64,000 nt of DNA. Source: Spirochaetota bacterium (lineage in GTDB: Bacteria; Spirochaetota; UBA4802; UBA5550). Shown here piece by piece: positions 50,393 through 61,054 of this stretch. Position numbers and translations under genes: made by a program. The stretch lies in NCBI GenBank assembly GCA_050298055.1, contig JBNKTL010000022.1, forward strand, positions 20,823 through 84,822, written 5' to 3'. The notes under the pieces were generated by a model. It was not told the DNA's origin and did not search any database. It was given only the letters and a program-made list of their open reading frames with translations. Within the stretch, counting starts at the first letter, position 1, and every line of letters begins with the position of its first letter.

Positions 50393-51107
50393 ACAAAATA
50401 ATGGATGAGAGGACCAGGGACGCTGTCTCTGCCCTCAGCTGGTTGCCGCGAAAGTTCACCCGTACCCACCCGGCGTTCTCCGCGGCTGCTGTTTCTTCTC
50501 TGCTGAAACCTCCTTCCGGACCCACGAGAAGCCGTAATCTCCCGGCCCGGCCCCTGTTTCTTACCTCGCGGAGAAAGCTGCGGAGACCGGTTTGCCCGCC
50601 GGGATCGGCAATGATCGACGGTTCTTCGGCCTCCTTTCCAAGGAGGCCCGCGAGACCGGTGATATCATCAACAATCGTCTTTACCGGGGTCATTGACTGC
50701 TTGGCAGCTTCTTCGGCTATCCTCCTCCATCTTTTGATCTTTGACTCGCTTTTACCGTCTACACGGGGTACACTTCTTTCCGATACCACGGGAACAATTC
50801 GAGACACCCCCAGCTCAACGGCCTTTTGGATAACAAAATCAAATTTTTTCCCTTTCAGGAGAGAGACGCAAAGTGTAAGTTCAATTCCCCTCTTTAGATG
50901 GTTATCAACGGAAACGGCTTCCGCTTCAATTTCACTCCCGGAAATAGACCTGATCACAGTAGTGATCTTTCTTCCCTTTTCATCACGCAGAACAAGGGTA
51001 TCGTTCTCCCTTACCCGCCTTACATGAACGAGATGATGATGATCCTCACCGGTAATGAGATATCTGCCGTTTTTCCGGGACGCGGAGTTTATAAAGAACT
51101 GGGGCAC
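50358..51107 (-). CDS. rsmE: 16S rRNA m3U1498 methyltransferase
   Basis: HHL..V.R, QKAVELGV, EAAKQS, GPEGGFS and LRAETA motifs. Start likely GTG 51107. Confidence 0.93.
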   Translation of the reverse strand: MPQFFINSASRKNGRYLITGEDHHHLVHVRRVRENDTLVLRDEKGRKITTVIRSISGSEIEAEAVSVDNHLKRGIELTLCVSLLKGKKFDFVIQKAVELGVSRIVPVVSERSVPRVDGKSESKIKRWRRIAEEAAKQSMTPVKTIVDDITGLAGLLGKEAEEPSIIADPGGQTGLRSFLREVRNRGRAGRLRLLVGPEGGFSREETAAAENAGWVRVNFRGNQLRAETASLVLSSIILYEFGEEIENHT

Positions 51108-51111
51108 AAAT

Positions 51112-51882
51112 CTATTCTCCCAGCTTTTCCGACCTGAATATGGACCTGTCAAACCTGACATTATCATCGAAGCTGTAGAAACTCAATATGGACATACTTC
51201 CGTTCCTGATATTCATCATATCGTATCTCACCGGGATCACCTTTTTATCTTTTCTCATGATCTTGGATATGGTAAGAAATTTAAATATTACGTTGTCCCT
51301 GTCATGATAGTCAATCCTGAGAGGGATAAACTCGTCCCTTGTCACATAGAGGGTCAGCATCCCGTATCCGCCGGACCTGAAAATAGGCCTGAGCTGAAGT
51401 TTGTACGCGTCATATCCTTTAACGATGGCTGTCCCCTGTATGCTGGCAGTGTAATTGCTCTGGAGATCGGCATTTGAGAGATCGATAAAGAAGAAATTTG
51501 AAAGAAAAAGAGAATCGTATTTATCAATGCCCATTTTATGGTAGAGCTTAACAGCGTGAGTATCGTAGACCCAGATATCTTCACCGCCCAGATTATAAAG
51601 CACCTTGAGCTGGTCGCCCCTCTCCCTGCTGCTGAAGATAAAGAGAAAATCACTCTTTGCAACATAAGCTGTTACGTCAAGGGAGTACGTGGAACCGTTG
51701 GGTTTCACATGCTTGACCCTTCCCCTGATCTGACCCGGGGGATAATCCAGGACCCTGTCAACCCTGGCAAGTATTGCCTGGGCGTTCAGTTCAATTTTTC
51801 TTTCCTGGGAATATGAGGAAATATATATACAGGAGATAAGCAAAACGACACCTATTTTCAATATCATGAAAATTCTCTCCAT
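51112..51882 (-). CDS. Outer-membrane lipoprotein-sorting (LolA-like) protein
   Basis: Signal peptide, DIWVY, SLF.S.F...DL, LRIDY.D and F....L C-terminus. Confidence 0.75.
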   Translation of the reverse strand: MERIFMILKIGVVLLISCIYISSYSQERKIELNAQAILARVDRVLDYPPGQIRGRVKHVKPNGSTYSLDVTAYVAKSDFLFIFSSRERGDQLKVLYNLGGEDIWVYDTHAVKLYHKMGIDKYDSLFLSNFFFIDLSNADLQSNYTASIQGTAIVKGYDAYKLQLRPIFRSGGYGMLTLYVTRDEFIPLRIDYHDRDNVIFKFLTISKIMRKDKKVIPVRYDMMNIRNGSMSILSFYSFDDNVRFDRSIFRSEKLGE

Positions 51883-51903
51883 CCCAAAACTCCTTGCTGC
51901 AAG

Positions 51904-52305
51904 CTATTCGCTGATATCGGAAATATAATACTTTGTATCAACCTCCTTGTCAAGGTCCGGTCTCAGTTTTTTTGCCTCATGAAGATAGACATGGATAATT
52001 TCATCCTGCTTTAAATCCGAATTGATGTGAAGCAGGACCCTGATACATTTTTGCAGACTCCCTTTAACGGGAATTTCCCGGGTACAGAGAAGGGGCGTAT
52101 AGATCCATCCCAGTTTCCGTGCCGCAACCGCGGGAAATTCTTCATCGATATCATCGGTCACCGTAAATATGGCTGAAGCAATATCATCAATCTGAATTCT
52201 GTTCCTTTCAATTACGGCTCTTATCATCTCCCCGGTTTTTGTAATGATCTCATCTTTATCATTGGAATCAACTGTTGTTGCTCCCCTTACACCTCTCAAA
52301 GCCAT
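51904..52305 (-). CDS. aroH: Chorismate mutase, AroH class
   Basis: RGVRGATT, FPA.AAR, C..EI.V.G.L..CIR and LRPDL motifs. Confidence 0.95.
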   Translation of the reverse strand: MALRGVRGATTVDSNDKDEIITKTGEMIRAVIERNRIQIDDIASAIFTVTDDIDEEFPAVAARKLGWIYTPLLCTREIPVKGSLQKCIRVLLHINSDLKQDEIIHVYLHEAKKLRPDLDKEVDTKYYISDISE

Positions 52306-53586
52306 CTACTGGTTCTCCTCGATTTTCCTGATTTTGGCACCCGCCCTGTTCATTAAATCCATAAAATTCGGGAAGGTAATTGAAACTGATTCCGCTGTTG
52401 ATATTGTGACCTCTCCTTTGCTGGCCAGACCCGCAACAGCCAGCGCCATGACTACCCTGTGGTCACCGTGACCGTTGACTTCGCATCCGCGAAGATCACT
52501 TCTTTGTATGACCAGCCCGTCTTCCAGTTCCTCGATTCGGGCGCCCAGTTTCTTCAGTTCACCGCACATAACGCTGATCCGGTCAGTCTCCTTTATCCGC
52601 GCCTGGGGTACATTGATAAGCCGTGTCTCACCCTCAGCGAAACAGGCGGCAACCGCCAGAGCAGGCAGTGAGTCGGGAATGGAATTAAGGTCGAAACTGC
52701 CTCCCCGGAGACCTCCTCCCCTGAGAGTAATGCTGGTTTCGCCAATATCAACTTCCGCACCCATCTCTTTAAGGATATTCACAACCTCCTTATCACCCTG
52801 TGTGTCCCTGAAGTCAAGACCCTGCAGTGTGAGTTCGGACCCGGTTATTGCCGCCGCAACGAGAAAGAAGGTTGCCGATGAAAAGTCAGCCGGGATATAC
52901 CCGGAGAATGCCCGGTACTCCTGCCCTCCTCTGATAAAAAACTCCCGGTAATCCCTGTTTTCATATTCCACGCCAAGCCTGTCAAGCCATGAGAGGGTCA
53001 TTGTTACATAGGGCTTTTCATGAAGAAGGGGTACTTCCACTGTTGTATCGCCGTCCAGAAGGGGAAGGGATATAAGCAGGGACGTTATATACTGTGAAGT
53101 CACGGCTTCAATAGATGTTTTTCCTCCCCTGAGCTTTCCCTTTACGATCACGGGAGGTTTTCCGTTTCCCCGCGTTGACCACGCTTCACCGCCCAGCTCA
53201 TTGATTGAATTGATAAGAGCCGAGGCAGTGCGGTTCCGTATCTGGCTGTCTCCCGTAAAAACGGTGTAGCCCTCTACAAGGGAAGCGATACCGAGACCAA
53301 TATAGAGGGTTGTGCCTGAATTACCCACATCGATCACGTCCCCCGGAACAGGGACCGTACGCCCCAGGCCTCTTACTCTCCAGAGACCGTCTTCCCGTGA
53401 AACGGAAGCGCCCATCTGTCTTATCATATCAACACATGAAAGGGTATCCGCGGAATCCAGGGGCTTCCTGATCTCCGATTCACCCTCCGCGAGGAGACTG
53501 AACGCCAGGGACCTTATTGTATGGGATTTTGATCCGGGAATCTCCACTTCGCCCCTGAGTTTTGCTTTACCTGAAACTAGCTTCAC
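52306..53586 (-). CDS. aroA: 3-phosphoshikimate 1-carboxyvinyltransferase
   Basis: PGSKS.T.R, GNSGT, SQY, D.SSA, R.KETDRI and DHR.VM motifs. Confidence 0.96.
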   Translation of the reverse strand: MKLVSGKAKLRGEVEIPGSKSHTIRSLAFSLLAEGESEIRKPLDSADTLSCVDMIRQMGASVSREDGLWRVRGLGRTVPVPGDVIDVGNSGTTLYIGLGIASLVEGYTVFTGDSQIRNRTASALINSINELGGEAWSTRGNGKPPVIVKGKLRGGKTSIEAVTSQYITSLLISLPLLDGDTTVEVPLLHEKPYVTMTLSWLDRLGVEYENRDYREFFIRGGQEYRAFSGYIPADFSSATFFLVAAAITGSELTLQGLDFRDTQGDKEVVNILKEMGAEVDIGETSITLRGGGLRGGSFDLNSIPDSLPALAVAACFAEGETRLINVPQARIKETDRISVMCGELKKLGARIEELEDGLVIQRSDLRGCEVNGHGDHRVVMALAVAGLASKGEVTISTAESVSITFPNFMDLMNRAGAKIRKIEENQ

Positions 53587-54371
53587 AGGGCACCTTCAAT
53601 ACTTTCGGTTTTTTTTCTCATGAAAGTCCCGGTAAAATAGGGCAGAGTTACTGTTTCATCATCATACCGGTAGAGGGAATCGAGCACTTCCAGCTTTTTT
53701 TCAATAAACTCCGGATCATATTCACCTGTGTCCCCGAAATAATCGAACATATGCTCTCTCATATCCGCCAGGTTCATCCTGATCTCAATTATATCCATAC
53801 TGAGCAGCTTAAACTCATTGAGCCCCATGACAGTATTCAGATCACTTTCCAGGTAATAATCGTTATGCAGGGGGAAAATCATACGCATATAATCGTCAAA
53901 GACTCCTTCGATATCATCATCATTGAGGACTATGATCCCCACAAAGAGTACGGATTCAAATTCCAGGGAAAGCCTGTACTCATCTATAGCCCGGGCAGAG
54001 TCGATGAAATCGAGATAATCAATGCTGATGATCATGTCCGCCACGAAATAATCAATGGGGAGAATCTGAAAGTCCCCGTTGATTATATAAATTTTTGAGA
54101 ACCCCTCTCTGTCACCATATTCTTCAACAAACTTACTGATCGTACTGTAAGAAGATTCGACCACACAGAGAGTCAGCTTGAACCTTTCGATTATATCGAA
54201 CAGCAGTTCCGGGTTGCCAATTCCTATCTTGACAATAACCTTTGGATTGTTTATTTTAATGCTGTCCATCAACCTCTCCCTGAGAAGAGTATAACGGGAA
54301 TCGGGCTCAATGATGATCCGGTTCATGTATTCGTGTTCCAGAAAGCTTTTGATCTCATTGTAACGGGTCAT
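53583..54371 (-). CDS. Class I methyltransferase-like protein (degenerate SAM motif)
   Basis: VKIGIG.., GDFQ.LP......D and A..E.R.L motifs. Overlaps the aroA start. Confidence 0.55.
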   Translation of the reverse strand: MTRYNEIKSFLEHEYMNRIIIEPDSRYTLLRERLMDSIKINNPKVIVKIGIGNPELLFDIIERFKLTLCVVESSYSTISKFVEEYGDREGFSKIYIINGDFQILPIDYFVADMIISIDYLDFIDSARAIDEYRLSLEFESVLFVGIIVLNDDDIEGVFDDYMRMIFPLHNDYYLESDLNTVMGLNEFKLLSMDIIEIRMNLADMREHMFDYFGDTGEYDPEFIEKKLEVLDSLYRYDDETVTLPYFTGTFMRKKTESIEGAL

Positions 54372-54772
54372 TTATGATTTCCTTATTCAGATAAAATGTT
54401 TTTTTTAAGATTTTCTTTATTTTCCGATGATAATTTTCCAGACTGGCTTCGTCCCTTCGCAGAAGATGAGAAAACAATCTAATCTACAGGAACCTCGAAT
54501 AATAAAATTTCTACAAAAGTAACTTTTCCGGAGAAAAATTGATTTCTATCAATTTTTTTCTTGGAAAATTTTTATTTTTACGTTATATCTGTAATCTCTG
54601 AAGAAATTCTGTAAATTAAATTTTCGGGGACCCTTTTTTTGGGAATAGTCACCAGGATCGAATTATCGAAAATTCGCTTCGAATTATTTCATAACCGGGT
54701 TTAAATATGCAACAATTTTTTCATTAATGGTTTTATTTTCCTGACCTGCAATTAATTATTCTTATATATATT

Positions 54773-54914
54773 GTTATTATTCAGTTATATGGCTGTAATT
54801 AACCTATTTACTAAAATATCACCAATATGTACTTGCCGCCAAAGGCGGCGGGGACATACCAGTTATCCATTTTTCATGAAAATGATTATTCTTATACGAA
54901 GCTTGAGTCGTTAT
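54773..54914 (+). mobile_element. MITE-like element, copy 8
   Basis: Ends GTTATTATTCAG / CTTGAGTCGTTAT, core ATATGTACTTGCCGCCAAAGGCGGCGGGGACATACCAGTTATC. Confidence 0.75.
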
Positions 54915-55036
54915 TCTCTATTACATATAATGAAATAGTTACCAGAATTATTATTGACACCACATATGGAGAAATTGAATATCATCAAGAAAACAGGATA
55001 GCATTTCTCACCTGTAAAAAAACCTGGAAGACAATC

Positions 55037-56302
55037 ATGAAAAGAGCTATAGATATTGAAAATTGGGAATTATCCGGTGATATAAAGTCCGTTGCAGAAG
55101 CGGAAAATGTGACAGATAATTTTATCAGGGAGCACCTTTCTTCAGGGGAAATTGTCATCCTGAGAAACAGCAAAAGAAAAATTGCCCCTGTTGCCGTGGG
55201 GAAAAACCTGAGGACCAAGGTAAACGCGAATATCGGCTCATCCCCCGACCTTTTCAATTTGGAGCATGAATTGAAAAAACTTGAAGCTGCTGTCAGCGCG
55301 GGAACGGATACGGTTATGGACCTCAGCACCGGCGGTGATATCAGGGAATTCCGCAGACAGATAACCGAAGAATCAAAAATCCCCCTGGGGACTGTTCCTC
55401 TCTACGAAGCCGCCGCCCTGATGCGAAAACAGAAAAAATCGATCATGGAGATGACCATCACTGATTTTCTCGAAATAGTGAGAATACAGGCCGAAGAGGG
55501 AGTTGACTTTATGACAATTCACTCGGGGATAACCAGGGACTCATATGAATCCCTGAAATCCGGAGAGAGAATCGCGGGTATTGTCAGCAGGGGCGGCTCC
55601 ATACTGGCGGAGTGGATGAAGCTGAATAGAAGCGAGAACCCTCTCTACAGCCATTACGATGAGATACTGGATATTCTGGCAGAGTATCATGTTGTCATCA
55701 GCCTGGGAGACAGCCTGAGACCCGGCTCAATACACGATGCAAATGACCGGGGCCAGGTCCACGAGTTGATCATTCTGGGAGAACTCGCGCGGCGGGCAGG
55801 TGAAAAGGGCGTGCAGGCAATGATAGAGGGACCGGGACATGTACAGCTTGACATGATAGAAGAGAATATTAAGCTGCAGAAATCCGTATGCGGCGGCGCC
55901 CCCTACTATGTGCTCGGCCCCCTTGTGACCGATATTGCGCCGGGCTACGACCATATAACCTCCGCAATCGGAGGCGCACTGGCGGCATCAAAGGGAGCCG
56001 ACTTCCTCTGCTATGTGACTCCCGCGGAACACCTGAGGCTCCCGGACCCCAAAGATGTAAAGGAGGGTGTTATCGCATCACGGATAGCGGCCCATGCTGC
56101 GGATATGGTAAAACTGGGTGACAGGGCAAGTAAATGGGACAGAGATATGTCCCTGGCAAGGAAAAAGCTTGACTGGGAGGAGATGTTCAGGCTCTCAATA
56201 GATGAGGTCAAGGCGAGAAAGTACCGTTCCGAACTCCCGTCAAATGCCAGCGACCAGTGTTCAATGTGCGGTGAATTCTGCGCATTAAAAAGAGATATTT
56301 AA
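55037..56302 (+). CDS. thiC: Phosphomethylpyrimidine synthase
   Basis: TKVNANIG.S, DTVMDLSTG, GTVP.Y, SRGGS, EGPGH, APGYDH, CYVTP.EHL and CSMCGEFC motifs. Confidence 0.97.
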   Translation: MKRAIDIENWELSGDIKSVAEAENVTDNFIREHLSSGEIVILRNSKRKIAPVAVGKNLRTKVNANIGSSPDLFNLEHELKKLEAAVSAGTDTVMDLSTGGDIREFRRQITEESKIPLGTVPLYEAAALMRKQKKSIMEMTITDFLEIVRIQAEEGVDFMTIHSGITRDSYESLKSGERIAGIVSRGGSILAEWMKLNRSENPLYSHYDEILDILAEYHVVISLGDSLRPGSIHDANDRGQVHELIILGELARRAGEKGVQAMIEGPGHVQLDMIEENIKLQKSVCGGAPYYVLGPLVTDIAPGYDHITSAIGGALAASKGADFLCYVTPAEHLRLPDPKDVKEGVIASRIAAHAADMVKLGDRASKWDRDMSLARKKLDWEEMFRLSIDEVKARKYRSELPSNASDQCSMCGEFCALKRDI

Positions 56303-56324
56303 AAGAGTTATCAGGAGGAAATTG

Positions 56325-57140
56325 ATGTCTGAAGACAGTGAATATTACGATTCCTACAAGGAAGACAGGGATCTGTTGCTTGAATACCACCAGATAGATA
56401 TAGATAAAGTATCCATAACGAATATTCTGGGAACAGGCATCGATAATGTGACCAGGTCACAGGCTGTGGTAAAGGTCATGAAGATGATAGATACGAACAA
56501 GGTACACCATGTCATGTGCCTCAATCCATACAAGATCATGAGGATCAAATCAAGCAATGATCTCAACCTCATTTCCAAAACAGCTGATATGCATATTGCA
56601 TGTGGCGCGGGTCTTCAGTGGGCATCGAGAATGCTGAAAAACCCTCTCAAGGAAACTGTTTCAACCCTCAGCTTCATGATGGACCTTATCCGTGTAGCCG
56701 AGCTCAAGGAATATTCAATCTTCCTGGTGGGGGCCCGGCCTGAGATTGTGGAAAAAGCATTTTTTAACATCAGGAAATCCTTTCCGAAAATACGAATTGT
56801 GGGAAGACATGGAGGGTATTTCAATCCCGAGAGGGAGAAATCTGTCATTGAGGCCATGAGAAAATCGGAAGCAAATATCATATTCGTCGGGCTGGGTTTT
56901 CCCAATGAAGATCAGTGGGTTTATAAAATTAAAAAAGAATTTACGAAAACAGTTTTCATTACCATCGGAGGGAATATAGACATTATTTCAGGAGAGATAA
57001 AAAAAGCACCCGCTTATTTCATGAGAAAGAATACTGACTGGTTTTACCGAATTATTACCAAACCGTGGCGGATCGGAAGGATACTAAGACTGCTGCTTTT
57101 CGTTTTGCAGGTAATCTTTAAAAGGTTATTTACGCGGTAA
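56325..57140 (+). CDS. WecB/TagA/CpsF-family glycosyltransferase
   Basis: ILG..ID, IVG.H.GYF, FVGLG.P..D.W, GG..D..SG..K.AP and W.YR....P.R motifs. Confidence 0.9.
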   Translation: MSEDSEYYDSYKEDRDLLLEYHQIDIDKVSITNILGTGIDNVTRSQAVVKVMKMIDTNKVHHVMCLNPYKIMRIKSSNDLNLISKTADMHIACGAGLQWASRMLKNPLKETVSTLSFMMDLIRVAELKEYSIFLVGARPEIVEKAFFNIRKSFPKIRIVGRHGGYFNPEREKSVIEAMRKSEANIIFVGLGFPNEDQWVYKIKKEFTKTVFITIGGNIDIISGEIKKAPAYFMRKNTDWFYRIITKPWRIGRILRLLLFVLQVIFKRLFTR

Positions 57141-57150
57141 CCGGGTACGG

Positions 57151-57372
57151 CTATCTTTCGTATCTCTTCTTTTTTGCAATGGTAATTCTGGCATTCTCCA
57201 GTGCTTTGTTGGATACGCTGCTCCGGCCCAGTGTAAAATTCTCTGTTTCCATGGAGTTGTTACACGTCCGGCAGTGAAACACGGCTTTCCCCTCATCAGT
57301 CCATTCTGATATTTCCACATAACGGGATCCGCACCTTCTGCAGAAAATAACAGATACATAATTATCGCTCAT
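57151..57372 (-). CDS. Small zinc-ribbon protein
   Basis: CRRCGS...CRTC and a basic C-terminus. Confidence 0.7.
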   Translation of the reverse strand: MSDNYVSVIFCRRCGSRYVEISEWTDEGKAVFHCRTCNNSMETENFTLGRSSVSNKALENARITIAKKKRYER

Positions 57373-57430
57373 TTATACCCTGCATTGTCATTTACCAGTT
57401 ATTCTTTAATTGCTTAACCATTACCCGCGC

Positions 57431-58714
57431 TTATTCAATATTAAAAGCTATTATGGACACATCCTCTCTCATCTCAATTCCCCCCATGAATTGACCCGCG
57501 AATTCAACCAGGGAATTAATCAGGTGAAGAGGACCGTTAAAATCACCCTGCATAAAATCCATGATCTTTTTGAGACCGAGTATCTGGCCTTTGCTGTTCT
57601 TGAAGTTGACGATACTGTCAGAAAGAATGACAAAGTAGTCTCCCTTCTCCAGTGAAAGTTTTACCTGTTTAACCTCAAAGTCATCATCCCCCAGACTTCT
57701 GCTCCTGAACTTGAGGTATCTCGCAATCCCGCGGCGTACCAGTATGGGATAAGCAACACCTGAATTGACAAAGAGGAGGTTCTGGCTTCCGGCATCTATG
57801 ATTCCATAAAAGAACGACACCTTCTTGAAGTCCGAGATCACTCCCTTCATTGCCTTATCCAGAAGTCTTATGATCTTTGCCGGCGTATTCTCCTTTAAAA
57901 ACGAAAAGGCCTTCAATGCCCCGCTCATAAGAGACGCGTTGAGTCCTCCCGGCACTCCCTTTTCATGAATATCACACAGTGCAACGGCAATCTTTCTCTC
58001 ATGAAAATCCAGGCTGTGAAACTCGCCTCCGATTTCCCGTGCGGCAATTGATCGTGCCGCTATATGAATATTTTCAAATTTCTGGTCCACATCGGGGATC
58101 AGCGACTCCTGCACGGATTTTGCGGAGTGAAGTTCAACATTGATCCTCTCCTCCTCAATGGCACGCTGGAAGTATATTGCATTCTGAACCGCAAGAGCTG
58201 CCTGGTTGGCAAAAACATTAAAAAGGTTCATATCAGCTTCGGTAAATCCGGGACGGTTATTGGGATTTATTGCCTGAATGACACCGATGAGCTTCCCCTT
58301 ATAGAGAAGAGGAGTACAGGCTATGGACCGTGTGGTAAAGCCGGTCTGTTTATCGAAATTCGGATCAAAGCGTTTATCACTGTAAACATCGTTTACGATG
58401 GCGCCCTTTCGTGTATCAGCAACCCAGCCGGCAATACCCTGCCCCATCTTTACCCTGTATTTTTCAACCAGTTCCTTGCCGCTTTCCCCCAGGGCCACTT
58501 TAAAAACAAGGTTGTCCTGGTCATCATCATAGAGAAGAAGGGTACTGGCTTCTGTCTCCATGATGTCTTTGATAATCTCCATAATAATTGTCAGGAGTTT
58601 TCCGATATCAAGTGTTGAATTAATAATACCGTTTATATAGACAAGTTTTGAAAGATTTTCAATCTTCCGTTCAAGGTTTTCAAGATCAGTTCTGTTTATA
58701 TCTATTTTATCCAT
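57431..58714 (-). CDS. GAF + SpoIIE/PP2C-family phosphatase
   Basis: GQGIAGWVA and D.RF....DK.TGF.TRSI (GAF). A..VQ.SL.P, IGGEF, D...KGVP and SDS (PP2C-like). Confidence 0.88.
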   Translation of the reverse strand: MDKIDINRTDLENLERKIENLSKLVYINGIINSTLDIGKLLTIIMEIIKDIMETEASTLLLYDDDQDNLVFKVALGESGKELVEKYRVKMGQGIAGWVADTRKGAIVNDVYSDKRFDPNFDKQTGFTTRSIACTPLLYKGKLIGVIQAINPNNRPGFTEADMNLFNVFANQAALAVQNAIYFQRAIEEERINVELHSAKSVQESLIPDVDQKFENIHIAARSIAAREIGGEFHSLDFHERKIAVALCDIHEKGVPGGLNASLMSGALKAFSFLKENTPAKIIRLLDKAMKGVISDFKKVSFFYGIIDAGSQNLLFVNSGVAYPILVRRGIARYLKFRSRSLGDDDFEVKQVKLSLEKGDYFVILSDSIVNFKNSKGQILGLKKIMDFMQGDFNGPLHLINSLVEFAGQFMGGIEMREDVSIIAFNIE

Positions 58715-58735
58715 GGCTTCTACTTTAAATATTTT

Positions 58736-58873
58736 GTAACGATTCAACAATATGGTCAAAATAAGTCTATTCACCAAAATACCAACAATATGTCCCCGCC
58801 GCCCAGGGCGGCGGGGACATATCAGATATGTTTGTTAATAAATATAATTACTCATCTCTACCTGTTAAGTAAC
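58736..58873 (+). mobile_element. MITE-like element, copy 9 (perfect core hairpin)
   Basis: Left end GTAACGATTCAAC, core ATATGTCCCCGCCGCC-CAG-GGCGGCGGGGACATAT. Confidence 0.78.
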
Positions 58874-59078
58874 AATAATTTTTATTATTGGATTTATAGA
58901 GCCTAAAACTTCATGGCGGACTGCCATATTCAAAGAATACAATATTCTAAAATAAACAAAAAATGAGTCAATTACTTATTTTTTTTTGCAGATACAAAAA
59001 GCACAGTGTAAACTAAAAAAAATTTGTTTTTTGATTCCATTGAGAACTTTTCAATTGAAAAAAATATTAAATTACACC

Positions 59079-59714
59079 TTATTTAACAACCACTTCAGCA
59101 ATGCATGTATCACTCCATTTTGAACCGGGATAGATTTCAATAATTTCAATAACTCCCACATAACCGCATTCCACAATATTTCCACTCTCCCAGGGTTCCT
59201 TGTATTTCCCGACATCTTTTATGCCAATATTAAAGGTCTGCATTGTCATGCTGTCCCTGAAGTCGAGCGAACAGGTCTTTATCCGTTTTCCAATATGATA
59301 TACGATCTCACTGCATTCGGTGGCACCTGCCATTGTAATCTTATAAATTGATAATGAGACCTTTTTCAAACGATTATTCATCTTGAAATAGCGAAGGTCC
59401 CCAAACCCGGGCAATATGCTGATTTGATTGATGTTTGATTTAATATGAAAAGCAAGCTTTTCATTTATACCGCTGCCTTTTTTTCCTTCTACCCAGCTTG
59501 TCATTATATCCTTATCGAAAGCCCTGTCCGGACAGTACCTGCCCGGATTCTTTTTATCCTCAAGACAGCTTGTCGATTCATATTCTCCGGATAAGAGAGA
59601 AAAATCATATAGAGACAAATTACATGAATCGTCACACTTTATTTCCGGACATACTTGTGAAGATGCGGGGAAAGTAAATAGGAGTATTATTAGAATATTT
59701 CCAAGATATTTCAT
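59079..59714 (-). CDS. Exported protein with a discoidin/NADase-type glycan-binding-like domain
   Basis: Signal peptide, AFD.D..TSWVEG..G.G.NE, NNR.K and IYPG.K..DTCI.E. Confidence 0.7.
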   Translation of the reverse strand: MKYLGNILIILLFTFPASSQVCPEIKCDDSCNLSLYDFSLLSGEYESTSCLEDKKNPGRYCPDRAFDKDIMTSWVEGKKGSGINEKLAFHIKSNINQISILPGFGDLRYFKMNNRLKKVSLSIYKITMAGATECSEIVYHIGKRIKTCSLDFRDSMTMQTFNIGIKDVGKYKEPWESGNIVECGYVGVIEIIEIYPGSKWSDTCIAEVVVK

Positions 59715-59801
59715 TTTTTAATCCTCCTGTAATAAAAAATAAATATTGTATTTCTTCAGATAACTTTTGATTTAACTGTAATAATGCTTCGGGGAAAGAT
59801 G

Positions 59802-60740
59802 CTATTCTCTTCTCATAACCATAATATCACAATTATATGTTCCATCCTGTAGAGATTCTATCTGGACAAAAAACAGTTCTTTACCATCTGCGGTAAGGGT
59901 TGGTTCACCAACAAGACCGGAAATGAGAAGTTCCGGTTCTGACCAGCCTGCCCCTTTCTTTATGGATATATAGATATCAATACCGTTGTTATCATTGGTT
60001 CGCGAAAAATACAACGTATTTCCATCCCGGGTTAAAAAAGGCTGTCCCTCATCAAACACAGTATTTATTGGCGAACCAAAATTTTCCGGGGTTTGCCAGA
60101 TACTGCCGGATTTTACGGCTTTCCATATATCACTTCCCCCGTATCCTCCCGGCCTGTCAGACTCGAACAGGAGCAAATCATCACCTGATGATATCCAGGG
60201 ATTAGATTCGGTATCAACTGTATTGATCGTTGCACCCAGATTCACCGGTACAGTCCAGATCCCGTTAATTTTTTGGGAAGTATAAATATCGGACTTTGAC
60301 GGTCCACCAATATTACCGCTTTTTAGTCCGCTTGAATAAAATAAAACATCGTCCTGTGTGAATACACCATCATCAAGGGCAAAAGCTTCATTAATACTAT
60401 ATGCCAGGACCGGATCACTCCAGCCATTTGCAGATTTGTAGGAAACCATAATATCACCAAGATCAGTAATGTTAAGTCCGCGATCAGGACCCCTGTGAAT
60501 CCTGTTTGTTCCTCCTGAAATTAAATAGGTTAAATAATCATAGTTTGCATATGTAAAGTAAAGTGCATTGCCATCGGGGGAAATACTGACGCTATCTTCC
60601 CACCCTTCAGTATTAACCGGGCTTCCAATATTTTCAGGAGAAGACCACCCGCTGCCTGAGCTGTCACTGTTGCACAGAGGAAAAATGAGAACAATCAAGA
60701 AAACAGAAAATTTAATGATGCTTAATTTTCCATATTTCAT
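59802..60740 (-). CDS. Exported PD40/TolB-like beta-propeller protein
   Basis: Repeats of W..P.N.G..INT...E..P.IS.DG..L.F.S.R.GG.G..DI. Confidence 0.82.
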   Translation of the reverse strand: MKYGKLSIIKFSVFLIVLIFPLCNSDSSGSGWSSPENIGSPVNTEGWEDSVSISPDGNALYFTYANYDYLTYLISGGTNRIHRGPDRGLNITDLGDIMVSYKSANGWSDPVLAYSINEAFALDDGVFTQDDVLFYSSGLKSGNIGGPSKSDIYTSQKINGIWTVPVNLGATINTVDTESNPWISSGDDLLLFESDRPGGYGGSDIWKAVKSGSIWQTPENFGSPINTVFDEGQPFLTRDGNTLYFSRTNDNNGIDIYISIKKGAGWSEPELLISGLVGEPTLTADGKELFFVQIESLQDGTYNCDIMVMRRE

Positions 60741-60835
60741 AGTATTGACACCTCCTGATATGGTATTATCCGCGTGTTCCTCTCTCAATTAATTCTCAAT
60801 TTTAGTACATCTCCCGATAGATTAAATGACCATTT

Positions 60836-60876
60836 GTAACTACTCATGACTATGATAACCGACATGTCTCTGGCGT
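60836..60876 (-). mobile_element. Truncated MITE remnant
   Basis: GTAACTACTCA followed by GATAACCGACATGTCTCTGGCG, a degenerate reverse complement of CGGGGACATATCAGTTATC. Confidence 0.5.
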
Positions 60877-61054
60877 TATTTCCTGATTTATATTTTATAA
60901 AAACCCCGGAGAGGTGGCATGCTATTTCCCTTACCTGTTAAACTGCTATCCATAACAGGATGAAAGGATAAAGTCAAGAAGAATAAAAATCTGCTCCACA
61001 TCTCCAGGATAATAATTTTAAATAATCATCATTTCTGATTTGCCACGAAGTAGT

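Noticed and set aside
54827..55036. 70-aa N-terminal extension of ThiC in the ORF track
   Set aside because: It starts inside MITE copy 8. ThiC-like sequence begins near ATG 55037.
58715..58777. Longer start for the GAF-PP2C gene
   Set aside because: The upstream start lies within MITE copy 9, so ATG 58714 is preferred.
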